Assembly: GCA_028279595.1 (NCBI GenBank)
Contig: JANQNK010000003.1
Location: forward strand, 25,367-89,366
Origin: Thermoplasmatota archaeon
Lineage (GTDB): Archaea; Thermoplasmatota; JAKEGO01
Reading direction: 5' to 3'
DNA length: 64,000 bases
Part shown: piece by piece, positions 1 through 11,419 of the stretch
Numbering within the stretch: the stretch's first letter is position 1
How the letters are laid out: each line of letters starts with the position of its first letter
Position numbers and translations under genes: made by a program
The notes under the pieces: generated by a model
Databases searched by the model: none
Seen by the model: the letters and a program-made list of their open reading frames with translations, nothing else
Told to the model about the DNA's origin: nothing

Positions 1-704
1 TCATCGGACGTATCCTGCCACCGCAGGACGTTCCGTTCACATGTGACGGTGTCACCCCAGACCTCATCGCAAACCCCCACGCTATCCCGTCCCGTATGAC
101 CGTCGCCCACGTTCTGGAGATGATCGGGGGCAAGATGGCATCCATGGAGGGCCGCTTCATCGACGGAACCGCGTTCAGCGGGGAGGTCGAGGAGGACCTG
201 AGGGGCGCGCTCAAGCGTGTCGGATTCAAGCCGAACGGCAAGGAGGTCCTTTACGACCCGATCACCGGGCGCAGGATAAGGGCCGAGATATTCGTCGGCG
301 TCATCTACTATCAGAAGCTGCACCACATGGTCAGCGGAAAGCTGCACGTGAGGTCCCGCGGACCTGTCCAGATCCTGACCAGGCAGCCGACCGAGGGGCG
401 CGCCCGCCAGGGCGGTCTCAGGTTCGGTGAGATGGAGCGCGACTGCCTCATCGGGCACGGAGCGTCCATGGTCATCAAGGACAGGCTCCTCGACCAGTCC
501 GACGGGGTCGTGCTTTACATCTGCGGCAACCCGAAGTGCGGTCACATCGGCATGATCGACAAGCGTGGTATGCTCCGCTGTCCGGTCTGCGGAAACACCA
601 CCAACGTCAACCCTGTGGAGACGAGCTACGCATTCAAGCTGCTCACTGACGAGTTGAAGTCGCTGGGCATCATGCCCAGGTTCCAGCTGGAGGAGTTCCA
701 ATGA
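1..704 (+). CDS. rpoB: DNA-directed RNA polymerase subunit B (B') C-terminal part, 5'-truncated by the window edge
   Basis: The frame is open from nt 3. The translation [43 protein letters not shown]...CPVCG carries the conserved RpoB C-terminal motifs and a Zn ribbon. The TGA overlaps the rpoA' ATG (ATGA). Confidence 0.9.
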   Translation, partial: IGRILPPQDVPFTCDGVTPDLIANPHAIPSRMTVAHVLEMIGGKMASMEGRFIDGTAFSGEVEEDLRGALKRVGFKPNGKEVLYDPITGRRIRAEIFVGVIYYQKLHHMVSGKLHVRSRGPVQILTRQPTEGRARQGGLRFGEMERDCLIGHGASMVIKDRLLDQSDGVVLYICGNPKCGHIGMIDKRGMLRCPVCGNTTNVNPVETSYAFKLLTDELKSLGIMPRFQLEEFQ

Positions 705-3361
705 GGGTCATAGGCATTCCCCGGAAGATAGCCGGGATAAGGTTCACCCTGCTCTCGCCCGACGAGATCAGGAAGATGTCCGCCGTGAAGATCATCACTC
801 CGGACACCTACGACGAGGACGGTTTCCCCTACGAGAAGGGCCTCATGGACCTTCACCTCGGGGTCATCGAGCCAGGTCTGCGCTGTCAGACCTGCGGCAA
901 GAAGGTCGACGAGTGCCCTGGCCACTTCGGCCACATCGACCTCGCCATGCCGGTCATCCATGTCGGCTACGTCAGCATGATCAAGGACTCTCTCCGGACG
1001 ACGTGTCAGGAGTGCGGCCGCTTCCTCCTCTCCGAGAACAGGAAGGAGGAGTACATGCAGGCGCTGACCGATTACAGGGAGAGCGGTCGGAAGAGCGTTG
1101 GCATCGGCCGGATACATTCCGCCATCGTCGGCGAGGCCTCGAAGAACACCGTCTGCCCCAACTGCGGGACGAAGCAGGAGAAGGTCATGCTCGACAAGCC
1201 CACCACGTTCAGGATGGGCTCGACGAAGCTCACCCCCCGCGAGGTGCGCGAGTGGCTCGAGCGGATCCCCGACGAGGACCTTTCACTGCTGAACATCTCC
1301 CCGACCGCGGCAAGGCCCGAATGGTCGGTCCTCACCGTACTGCCTGTGCCGTCGGTGTCCGTAAGGCCGTCCATCACGCTCGAGTCCGGTGACAGGTCGG
1401 AGGACGACCTCACCCACAAGCTCGTGGACGTCATCAAGATCAATCAGAGGCTCCAGGAGAACAGGGACACCGGTGCGCCCCAGCTCATCGTCGAGGACCT
1501 GTGGCAGCTGCTCCAGTACCACGTCACGACCTACTTCGACAACCAGACTGCCGGGATACCACCCGCCAGGCACAGGTCGGGCAGGCCGCTCAAGACCCTC
1601 TCCCAGAGGCTCAAGGGCAAGGAGGGAAGGTTCAGGTCGAATCTATCCGGTAAGCGCGTCAACTTCTCGTCCCGTACCGTCATCTCCCCGGACCCGTACA
1701 TCTCGATCAACGAGGTAGGGATACCCTGGGAGGTCGCACGTGAGCTCACCGTACCCATCCGCGTCACCAACCACAACCTCGAGGTCCTGAGGCAGATGGT
1801 GCTCGACGGACCAGTGCCCGAGGCACCCGGCTACAAGGCCGGCGTCAACTACGTCATCAGGTCCGACGGCCGCAGGGTCAGGGTCACGGACAAGAACGCC
1901 GACACGGTCGCCGAGGCGCTGTCGCTCGGTTCGATAGTCGAGAGGCAGCTCCAGGACGGCGACGTCGTCCTCTTCAACAGGCAGCCCTCGCTTCACAGGA
2001 TGTCCATGATGGCCCACAATGTCAAGGTCATGCCCTACCACACTTTCAGGCTCAACCTCCCCGACTGCCCGCCCTACAACGCGGACTTCGACGGGGACGA
2101 GATGAACCTCCATGTGGTGCAGGGAGAGGAGGCCCGGGCCGAGGCAATGATTCTCATGCGTGTCCAGGAGAACGTCCTCTCGCCGAGGTTCGGGGGTTCC
2201 GTCATCGGGGCCATCCACGACCACATCTCGGGAGGCTTCCTACTGACCCACAGGGACCAGCGCTTCACCAAGAGCGAGGTCATCTACCTGCTCACTCCGA
2301 TCGACTACGACCGCGAGTGGCTTCCTCCCAACGTCGATGACGACGGCAACGAGTACTGGACCGGCAAGCAGGTGCTCAGCATGGTCCTTCCGGACGGCCT
2401 GAACCTGCGGTTCAGGTCCTCGATCTGCGAGAACTGCGACACATGCAAGGAGGAGGAGTGCGAGTACGACGCCTTCGTGACCATCGAGAAGGGAGTGGTC
2501 CTCACCGGGACCGTGGACGAGAGGTCCATCGGCGCCTTCAAGGGAAACATCCTCGACAGGATCGCAAGGAAGTACGGTCCGGACCGGGTCAGGCACTTCC
2601 TCGACAACGTGACGAGGCTCTCCATCCGTGCTATCATGCTCAAGGGCTTCACCACCGGTATCGACGATGAGGACATACCGGAGGAGGCGAAGGTCCAGAT
2701 CGCAGACACGCTGGACGAGGCTACATCCGACGTCGAGCGCCTGGTCAAGGCCTACGAGGCGGACGAGCTCCAGCCCCTTCCGGGACGATCGATCGACGAG
2801 ACCCTGGAGGTCGAGGCCATGCGCATCCTTGGTAAGTCCCGTGACGCTGCGGGACGCATAGCAGGACGACATCTCGGTCTCGACAACTCGGCCGTCATCA
2901 TGGCCCGCTGCGGTGCGAGGGGGTCCATGCTCAACCTCAGCCAGATGGCCGCCTCCCTCGGTCAGCAGGCCGTAAGGGGCGAGCGGATCCAGCGCGGTTA
3001 CAAGGGACGGACGATATCCCACTTCCAGTGGAACGACCTCGGAGCAGGCGCGAAGGGATTCGTCGAGTCCTCTTACAAGAAGGGACTGACCCCGACCGAG
3101 TACTTCTTCCACAGCATGGGCGGGCGTGAGGGTCTGGTCGACACGGCCGTCAGGACATCGAGGTCCGGTTACATGCAGAGGCGTCTCATCAACGCTCTCG
3201 AGGACCTCAAGGTCGACCATGACAGGAGCGTCATCAACACCGCCGGAGTCGTCATCCAGAGCAAGTACGGCGAGGACGGGACCGACCCGTCCAGGTCCAT
3301 GGGAGGCGAGGCGGTGAACATCGATCTCGCGATCGACACCGCGCTGGGAGGGGGTGACTGA
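701..3361 (+). CDS. rpoA1: DNA-directed RNA polymerase subunit A'
   Basis: 886 aa. It has the N-terminal Zn-binding CxxC...CPGHFGHI clamp motif and the [10 protein letters not shown] catalytic aspartate triad, i.e. the canonical archaeal RpoA'. Confidence 0.95.
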   Translation: MRVIGIPRKIAGIRFTLLSPDEIRKMSAVKIITPDTYDEDGFPYEKGLMDLHLGVIEPGLRCQTCGKKVDECPGHFGHIDLAMPVIHVGYVSMIKDSLRTTCQECGRFLLSENRKEEYMQALTDYRESGRKSVGIGRIHSAIVGEASKNTVCPNCGTKQEKVMLDKPTTFRMGSTKLTPREVREWLERIPDEDLSLLNISPTAARPEWSVLTVLPVPSVSVRPSITLESGDRSEDDLTHKLVDVIKINQRLQENRDTGAPQLIVEDLWQLLQYHVTTYFDNQTAGIPPARHRSGRPLKTLSQRLKGKEGRFRSNLSGKRVNFSSRTVISPDPYISINEVGIPWEVARELTVPIRVTNHNLEVLRQMVLDGPVPEAPGYKAGVNYVIRSDGRRVRVTDKNADTVAEALSLGSIVERQLQDGDVVLFNRQPSLHRMSMMAHNVKVMPYHTFRLNLPDCPPYNADFDGDEMNLHVVQGEEARAEAMILMRVQENVLSPRFGGSVIGAIHDHISGGFLLTHRDQRFTKSEVIYLLTPIDYDREWLPPNVDDDGNEYWTGKQVLSMVLPDGLNLRFRSSICENCDTCKEEECEYDAFVTIEKGVVLTGTVDERSIGAFKGNILDRIARKYGPDRVRHFLDNVTRLSIRAIMLKGFTTGIDDEDIPEEAKVQIADTLDEATSDVERLVKAYEADELQPLPGRSIDETLEVEAMRILGKSRDAAGRIAGRHLGLDNSAVIMARCGARGSMLNLSQMAASLGQQAVRGERIQRGYKGRTISHFQWNDLGAGAKGFVESSYKKGLTPTEYFFHSMGGREGLVDTAVRTSRSGYMQRRLINALEDLKVDHDRSVINTAGVVIQSKYGEDGTDPSRSMGGEAVNIDLAIDTALGGGD

Positions 3362-5094
<1,733 letters not shown>

Positions 5095-5511
5095 ATGAAG
5101 CTGGACGGCGACGACCTCCGAGCGATGGCCCTTTTCGAGAGCATCACCGGAGCCAGGGTGATCGACTTCATGCCCACCGAGGAGTCCTTCCATTTCCTCA
5201 TAGACGCCGACGGAGCCGGTAAAGCCATCGGCAAGGGCGCCGAGAACCTGAAACGCTTCAGGGAACTGACCGGCAGGAGGGTGAACGTCTACGTCCACTA
5301 CAAGGACGAGAGGAAGTTCGTCAAGGCACTCTTCCGGCGGTTCGAGGTCGAGAGCATCGAGTTCACCGAGGACGAGAACGGCCGCGTTGCCGTCGTGAAG
5401 GTCGCGCCGAAGGACAAGGCACGTGCGATCGGTCGCAAGGGCCGGAACATCTCCATCATCGCCGAGATGGCCAAGAAGCACTCCGAGCTCGACAGCGTCC
5501 GGATAGCCTGA
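5095..5511 (+). CDS. nusA: Archaeal NusA-like transcription termination/antitermination protein (two KH domains)
   Basis: 138 aa. KH motifs (IGKGAENLKRFRELTGRRV and IGRKGRNISIIAEMAKKH) are present. It sits directly after L30e, as in archaeal rpo operons. Confidence 0.85.
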   Translation: MKLDGDDLRAMALFESITGARVIDFMPTEESFHFLIDADGAGKAIGKGAENLKRFRELTGRRVNVYVHYKDERKFVKALFRRFEVESIEFTEDENGRVAVVKVAPKDKARAIGRKGRNISIIAEMAKKHSELDSVRIA

Positions 5512-5682
5512 TCGCACCCCACATCTACGATTTTCGGCTCAATTATTTACTGTAATACGGTGGAGGCGCGCGACGACGACCCCGTCGGGTCGTCCATGCG
5601 CCTCGCTTGCACTGGCTCAAGCTTCTGGCTGTAAGCCAAAACTTTTATACGGTCCTCCGGTTAGGACTCAAAGTGGTAGCCA

Positions 5683-7667
5683 TGGCCAGGCGACGCAAGA
5701 TAACCAGTGACGGCAGCGGTGTATCGAAGAAGGCCAAATCGGAGCCGAAGGCACCGAAGGGAAAACCTAGGACACCTGTAAGGAACATCCCGTGGGGCGC
5801 AATAGCCTTCGCGGTCATCATAGCACTCGTGGTCGCCCTCTTCGTCGCGATGCGTCCCGTCGACGACAGCGACGATGATGACGAGCCAATTGTCCCGACC
5901 GAGCTCGTCCGTTCATACGAGGCTTCCATTTCCACGGATTCCGTGTTCCTCCTGACTGACAGGAACGATACGATCCAGATCGTCGTGAACAACACTGGTG
6001 AACTGGATGACGATTACAACATCACGGTCGACCATTCGGACCAACTGGACATTCACGTATCGGACAGCCTCTCCCTCGACCCCGGAGAGAACGAGACATT
6101 GAACCTCACCGTCGAATCCATCGGCACCTTCGGCCTGTACGAGGTCTACATCAACGTTACCGTGGTCATTCCGGTCGATGAGGCGAACACTACGGCGGAG
6201 AACACCGTCATCGTCAACCGGACCACGCAGGTCCAGCTCGAGTTCTCCGTATACGTCTCCCAGTTCAACCTGGACATCCGCGTCCTCGACGACGCGGAGA
6301 CCGCGGCCCCGGGCGAGTCGGTCATCTTCGTCATCGAGATCGAGAACAACGGCACCCTCGACACTAACGTCGACCTCACCATATCGAAGCTGAACGTGGA
6401 CAACGGCGGAAAGGAAAAATGGACCGGAGCCGCCCAGCTCGATGCGCATCAGCTGGCGATGTTCGAGAACGACATCACCCATGTGCGCATGAACGTCACC
6501 GTTCCACAGAATGCGAACCCGGACGGCGAGGTTGCCCATTTCACGATAACCGCGGAATCGGTGGATGCCATTGCAGCCGGAGTTCCTCTTGCTGTATCGA
6601 CCCAGGTGCATCTGACGATATCCAACATCGGATTCTACGCAACCCCCGACTCCTACGAGAAGGAGGTCCAGGAGGAGCACTGGGTGGAGTTCGATTGCGA
6701 GATACGCAACTCGGGGGGAACTGACGTCTACGTCAAGTACCGGGTGTCCGAGATACCTGCGGATTGGATGCGTGACCTAGATCCCTACCCTGAGGACGGC
6801 TGGTTCCTCGGTGACACTCCAGTCACATTCTCCATCGCTATGAGGCCCGAGAACGTCGATATCGGTGATTTCCACCGCTTCATCGTCGAGATCTACTCCG
6901 ACGACCACAACGAGACGAGCTTCTTCTCCGTCAACGTTACCATAGCCGAACCGAGGTTCGATCTGGTCGCGCAGAGCCAATATGTCCCGATAGACCTCGA
7001 ACCGTTCGAGCGAGGGATCGCGTACGAGCACGAGATAATCATATCCAACCTCGGCCTCCTCGAGTACCAGGTGAACCTGACCCTGGAGCATCCCCCCACG
7101 TGGGACATGGACATCGATCCGGGTTGGATCTGGCTCGAGCAGTATTCAGGCACAGAGTGGGAGACAGCCACCCTCCGTTTCCTGATGCCGACCAACACCT
7201 CGGCCGGTGAGCATCCGTTCCTGGTAGTCGGCGAGGCATGGGGCATCGAGGTGGAGCTGAACCTCATCGCCGTAGTGGAGGAGTACCTGAACGGGACCCT
7301 CCATCTTCCGGCTGTAGTGCCTGAGCTCAACCTCTCCCAACCGCCGATCAACGGTTCCTCCCAGGAGTCCCTCGAATTCGTCATTACCAACACCGGGAAT
7401 TCGGCGGCAACCTTCGAGATCGTCATCGAGAACTACCAGGACCTTGACCTTCCAGGATGGAAGATCAATCTCACATCGGGACAGCACGAGGGCGACGAAC
7501 GCATCGTCATAACGATCAATCCCGGGAAGAACAAATCGGTATTCCTGAATGCCAAGGTCAATGATGAGCACGAGGAGGAGGTACTGCACCCGAGCCTATC
7601 ATTCCTGGTGCACCGGGACCCCATATGGCAGATCGACCGTATGGACGCGATCGTTCAGATCCAGTAG
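5683..7667 (+). CDS. Signal-anchored extracellular glycoprotein with repeated CARDB/Ig-like beta domains
   Basis: The start is probably the internal ATG at 5683 (MARRRKI). A basic N-terminus is followed by one TM helix (GAIAFAVIIALVVALFVAM). There are more than 25 N-x-S/T sequons (NDT, NNT, NIT, NET, NLT, NVT...) and repeated beta-rich segments. There is no C-terminal anchor. Confidence 0.5.
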
Positions 7668-7983
7668 GACTGTTCAACCTGGCGACACTCCCGACGGGAC
7701 CGGGTGCTTAGGACCTCATTGATAGGTAATTCTAACACCCGGGCCAGTCGGGAGCACGGTAGCTAGAAGGAATGAAGAGGAGTGCTCCCGACGGGATTCC
7801 GGTGGACACACCGTGCCCACCTCTCCCTTAACTCTATCCAATCAGTTGAATAACGTTCAGGGATCGAACTTCGTTCGAATCCCGTATGGCCCCGACGGGA
7901 CCGGTGTATTAAGAACCCAAAGATCTGTCAGATTAATCACCGGGCCAGTCGGGAGCACATTAGCTAGAGGATAATGAAAGGAG

Positions 7984-8058
7984 TGCTCCCGACGGGATTC
8001 GAACCCGTGTCCCCAGCTCGAAAGGCTGGAATGATTGGCCGGGCTACACTACGGGAGC
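7984..8058 (-). tRNA. tRNA-Glu (anticodon TTC)
   Basis: The reverse complement folds as a cloverleaf. The acceptor stem is GCTCCCG/CGGGAGC, the anticodon stem-loop is CCAGC-CTTTCGA-GCTGG, the T-arm is ACGGG-TTCGAAT-CCCGT, and the discriminator is A. CCA is not encoded. A TATA box (TATATAAA, 8075-8082) lies upstream. Confidence 0.85.
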
Positions 8059-8158
8059 ACGTCGGGGGACACATTCACCAGCCGTATATAAACGTTTTAG
8101 ATGTACAGAACACACGAAATCCTTAAATCGCCTACGGGATATCGCCCAATCCCATTGT

Positions 8159-8245
8159 GTGGGGATAGCCAAGCCTGGTATGGCGATAGCCTGCTAAGCT
8201 ATTGGCGGTTACGCCTCGGGGGTTCAAATCCCCCTCCCCACGCCA
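8159..8245 (+). tRNA. tRNA-Ser (anticodon GCT)
   Basis: The acceptor stem is GTGGGGA/TCCCCAC and the D-arm is GCCA..TGGC. The anticodon stem-loop ATAGC-CTGCTAA-GCTAT gives anticodon GCT. It has a long variable arm (TGGCGGTTACGCCTC) and T-arm GGGGG-TTCAAAT-CCCCC. Discriminator G and CCA are encoded. A TTAAAT box lies ~31 nt upstream. Confidence 0.9.
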
Positions 8246-8270
8246 TTTATCAGTAATCTATTCCGAAGGC

Positions 8271-8398
8271 GTGGGGAGTTGGGTCTCGAACCCCGGAATG
8301 GGCGGGGTTGTTTCGAAATTGATAGCAGTATTCTCAAACCAATTTCGAAACCCAGGTGGCGCGTAGCGTCACCATGGCAAATCCCCCTCCCCACGCCA
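8271..8398 (+). pseudogene. tRNA-Ser-derived tRNA-like element (rearranged paralog, pseudogene or att-site remnant)
   Basis: It shares the 5' GTGGGGA and 3' CAAATCCCCCTCCCCACGCCA termini with tRNA-Ser(GCT). It keeps a GATAGC anticodon-stem remnant and a variable-arm-like hairpin, but no canonical D or T arm can be formed. It contains a perfect 12-bp inverted repeat (8310-8321 / 8340-8351). Confidence 0.4.
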
Positions 8399-8451
8399 TT
8401 TATAATAATATTCAGAAAACGGTTAAGTAAACTCCTGTATCTACCGAAGCG

Positions 8452-9471
8452 ATGGACCTTGTGTTCCTTTCGGTATCGGTCGGTTTCCTTGCGTTCCTTC
8501 TCTACCTCTCGGCATGGTTCGCGGGGTCCGAGACGGCATTGACCCATCTCACGGTCGGACAGGTCGCAGAGATGAAGAGGGACCGGGTCAAAGGCTACAG
8601 GTACATCGAATGGCTGAAGCTCGAGATGGACAGGAGCATCATCGCTATCCTGATCGGTAACAACATCGTGAACATTCTGATGTCTGTGGTGGCTGCCCTG
8701 ATCGCTGACTCACTGTTCTCCACTGTCGGCGTAACCATAGCGGTCGGCGTCATAACTTTCCTCATCATCGTCGTCGCGGACATCACACCGAAGTCGATAG
8801 CGATACTGGACACTGACAGGATAGTCCGGAGGAATGCACGGAGCATCTACTTCATGGTGAGAGCGTTGGGGCCTTTGGTGACCGTCTTCTCGCGATTGTC
8901 GATGGGGCTCATCCGGCTTCGCGGGCACAAACCTCGCAGGAAGAACCTCGTCGTCTCCGAGGAGAGGATAATGGCCCTAGCCACCCTGAGCGAGGAGGAG
9001 GGCGTCATCAAGGAGATCGAGAGGGAGATAATCCACAAGGTGTTCAAGTTCGGGGACAAGCGCGTCGCGGAGGTCATGGTACCGATCTCCGACGTCTTCA
9101 GCATCCCGTCCGGAACATCGCTCGAGGATTCTGCGATCAAGGTCTCGGAGAGCGGCTTCACCCGGGTTCCGGTGGTCAAGGACGGCCGCATCGAGGGGAT
9201 CCTCTACGGAAAGGACCTCCTTGTGGCGGATAGCCAAACCGCCGACGACCTCGCAAGGGAGCCGATGACCGTCGGTGCTGCCGACGAGATAACCGATGTC
9301 TTCGACAGGATGAGATCGAGTCACGTGCACCTGGCCGTCGTGATCGGCAAGGCCGGTGCACAGGTGGGGATAATCACCATGGAGGACATCATCGAGGAGC
9401 TTGTCGGCGAGATCGAGGACGAGTTCTCCGAAGTTCAGAGCGGGAAGACCCCTGCACGAACCGGACAATAA
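8452..9471 (+). CDS. CNNM/CorC/HlyC-family transporter (DUF21 membrane domain plus CBS pair)
   Basis: 339 aa. Four N-terminal TM helices are followed by a tandem CBS region (VAEVMVPISDVFSIP...VHLAVVIGKAGAQVGIITMEDIIEEL). This is the typical CorC/HlyC architecture. Confidence 0.8.
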   Translation: MDLVFLSVSVGFLAFLLYLSAWFAGSETALTHLTVGQVAEMKRDRVKGYRYIEWLKLEMDRSIIAILIGNNIVNILMSVVAALIADSLFSTVGVTIAVGVITFLIIVVADITPKSIAILDTDRIVRRNARSIYFMVRALGPLVTVFSRLSMGLIRLRGHKPRRKNLVVSEERIMALATLSEEEGVIKEIEREIIHKVFKFGDKRVAEVMVPISDVFSIPSGTSLEDSAIKVSESGFTRVPVVKDGRIEGILYGKDLLVADSQTADDLAREPMTVGAADEITDVFDRMRSSHVHLAVVIGKAGAQVGIITMEDIIEELVGEIEDEFSEVQSGKTPARTGQ

Positions 9472-9580
9472 GGATCATCATCCGCTTGATGTGGAGGGAA
9501 CTCCCAATAGGTCCCTCAAGCCATTTCTCAACACAAACGATTATTTCCCAATGGTCCCTTAGGGAAGATGGAGGCCTCGA

Positions 9581-10732
9581 ATGGGACGAAGGTACGCCAT
9601 TATCGGAGCGGGAAGGATCGGCATCGCTGCAGCATACGATCTTGCCATCAACGGGAATGCGGATGAAGTATCATTCATCGATCAGAACGTACAGATGGCC
9701 AGCGACGCCGCTGAACGTCTGAACAGGCTCTTGGACAGGGACGTCGGACAGATGGTGAAGATCGACGTCGAGGACATCACGAAGTTGAGGGGCGTTCTCC
9801 GCGGTGTGGATGCCATCGTCTCTGCTGTCCCATATCATCTGAACATGACGGTACAGCGGGCGGCCATCGATGTTGGGGCGCACATGTCAGACCTCGGAGG
9901 AAACACCGGCATCGTGCGGGCACAACTGGCCCAGTCCGGGGAAGCCAAGGATGCCGGCGTGACGATCGTTCCCGATTGCGGCATGGGACCGGGAATGAAC
10001 GTATCTCTCGCCATGCTCTCCACGACCCACGTCGAGAAGCCTGAGATTGTCCAGATCTGGGACGGCGGCCTGCCCCAGGATCCTGTTCCCCCATGGAACT
10101 ATGAACTCACGTTCAACGTCGGCGGACTGACCAACGAGTACTACGGAAGCGCTACCTTCCTGAAGGACGGAAAGGTGACCAACGTACCTGCATTAAGCGG
10201 TTACGAGGTCGTGGACATCCTGCCGCTCGGAGAACTCGAGGCCTTCGTGACCAGCGGCGGCCTGTCGACCATGCCCTGGACCATGGAGGGACGGCTCCAG
10301 CGACTGGAGAACCGGACCCTTAGATACCTCGGTCACCACGAGCGGATGGTCGCCTACGAACAGCTCGGCATGCTGGAGCTTGAGCCTGTCGAGGTAGGAG
10401 ATCTTGAGATCGTTCCGAGGGACGTCTTCCACTCACTTCTGGAGCCGAGGGTCACCCGACCCGACACGAGGGACATCTGTTTGATCAAGGTGTTTTGCCA
10501 GGGGAAGTCGAGTGAGGCCACGATCACACTGGTGGATCGCTACGACGAAGCCACGGGATTCACCGCAATGCAACGTCTTACGGGATGGCATGCCTCACTT
10601 GTCGCCCTCATGGCCGTCGACGGGAGGATCGATCGGGGTGCCGTATCGGTGGAGAATGTTGATCCTGAGGGAGTTCTGAAGGAGGCAAGGGACAGGGGAT
10701 TCCAGATCGACATCGTAGTTGAGGACACCTGA
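9581..10732 (+). CDS. Saccharopine dehydrogenase-like NAD(P)-binding oxidoreductase
   Basis: 383 aa. It has an N-terminal Rossmann motif (YAIIGAGRIGIAAAYDL) and the domain organisation of the Sacchrp_dh family. Confidence 0.7.
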   Translation: MGRRYAIIGAGRIGIAAAYDLAINGNADEVSFIDQNVQMASDAAERLNRLLDRDVGQMVKIDVEDITKLRGVLRGVDAIVSAVPYHLNMTVQRAAIDVGAHMSDLGGNTGIVRAQLAQSGEAKDAGVTIVPDCGMGPGMNVSLAMLSTTHVEKPEIVQIWDGGLPQDPVPPWNYELTFNVGGLTNEYYGSATFLKDGKVTNVPALSGYEVVDILPLGELEAFVTSGGLSTMPWTMEGRLQRLENRTLRYLGHHERMVAYEQLGMLELEPVEVGDLEIVPRDVFHSLLEPRVTRPDTRDICLIKVFCQGKSSEATITLVDRYDEATGFTAMQRLTGWHASLVALMAVDGRIDRGAVSVENVDPEGVLKEARDRGFQIDIVVEDT

Positions 10733-10828
10733 GCCGGCGGCGAATGGAATAACACAACGCCTCCCTACGCCTACTCTACAATGCCAGTTATCTTAACGAA
10801 TGTGATGACTTGCTCAGACCTTAACATA

Positions 10829-11383
10829 TCATTTTGTAACAGCGTCCCACAGGACGTCGAAACTATCTTCCAATTCCTTTTCATTGATCTTCTTTCGTTT
10901 AGAAAATTCCATTATGAAGACCTGATGCAGTGTAAACAGAATATTACCGAACATTTCATACGAATATTCTTTCAGGGTACCCTTCTTCATTTCCTCTTCA
11001 TATGCAACCCGATATTTCTTCAGCATTGCTGCAGATGCCAATTGGCTCTCCTTTGAGATGTATTTGGAATTCAGAAAGAGGGTAAAGAAGAGGTTGTAAT
11101 CCATATTCTTCAAGGACCACTTGGTATATCCTATCCAGAATTTCTTCAGTTTCAATTCAAAATCATCTTCTTCAACGTAATATGAGTTCATATCTTCGAG
11201 CATATCATTTTTAATGTGCATATACGCTGCATTCATCAGGGCTTCCTTTGTCTTATAATGGTAGAATAGCGTTCCTGAGGCTACGCCCGATTCTCTGGTG
11301 ATTTGAGCTGTGGGGGTGTTCTCGAATCCTTGTTCGACGAATAGTCTGATCGCGGTTTCCAGGATTTTCTGTTTATTATTCAT
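10829..11383 (-). CDS. TetR/AcrR-family transcriptional regulator
   Basis: 184 aa. It has an N-terminal HTH (ILETAIRLFVEQGFENTPTAQITRESGVASGTLFYHYKTKEAL). The gene is AT-rich (~38% GC) and lies 36 bp downstream of the hydrolase gene, so it is probably in the same operon. Confidence 0.85.
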   Translation of the reverse strand: MNNKQKILETAIRLFVEQGFENTPTAQITRESGVASGTLFYHYKTKEALMNAAYMHIKNDMLEDMNSYYVEEDDFELKLKKFWIGYTKWSLKNMDYNLFFTLFLNSKYISKESQLASAAMLKKYRVAYEEEMKKGTLKEYSYEMFGNILFTLHQVFIMEFSKRKKINEKELEDSFDVLWDAVTK

Positions 11384-11419
11384 TCAAGCACTTCAACGAT
11401 TATCATTGATGTATTCCGT

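Noticed and set aside
7845-7905. Possible additional tRNA on the plus strand (GTTCGAATCCC T-loop-like string at 7873-7884)
   Set aside because: No acceptor or anticodon arms could be built around it. It is explained as part of an imperfect inverted repeat (GGGATCGAAC / GTTCGAATCCC) within the tRNA-Glu-derived repeat debris.
8271-8398. Interpretation of the tRNA-like element as tRNA-Sec or an intron-containing functional tRNA
   Set aside because: A TCA triplet is present but is preceded by C, not U33. No 9/4 acceptor/T-stem fold or BHB-bounded intron restoring a full cloverleaf could be derived. It is kept as a tRNA-derived element or pseudogene only.
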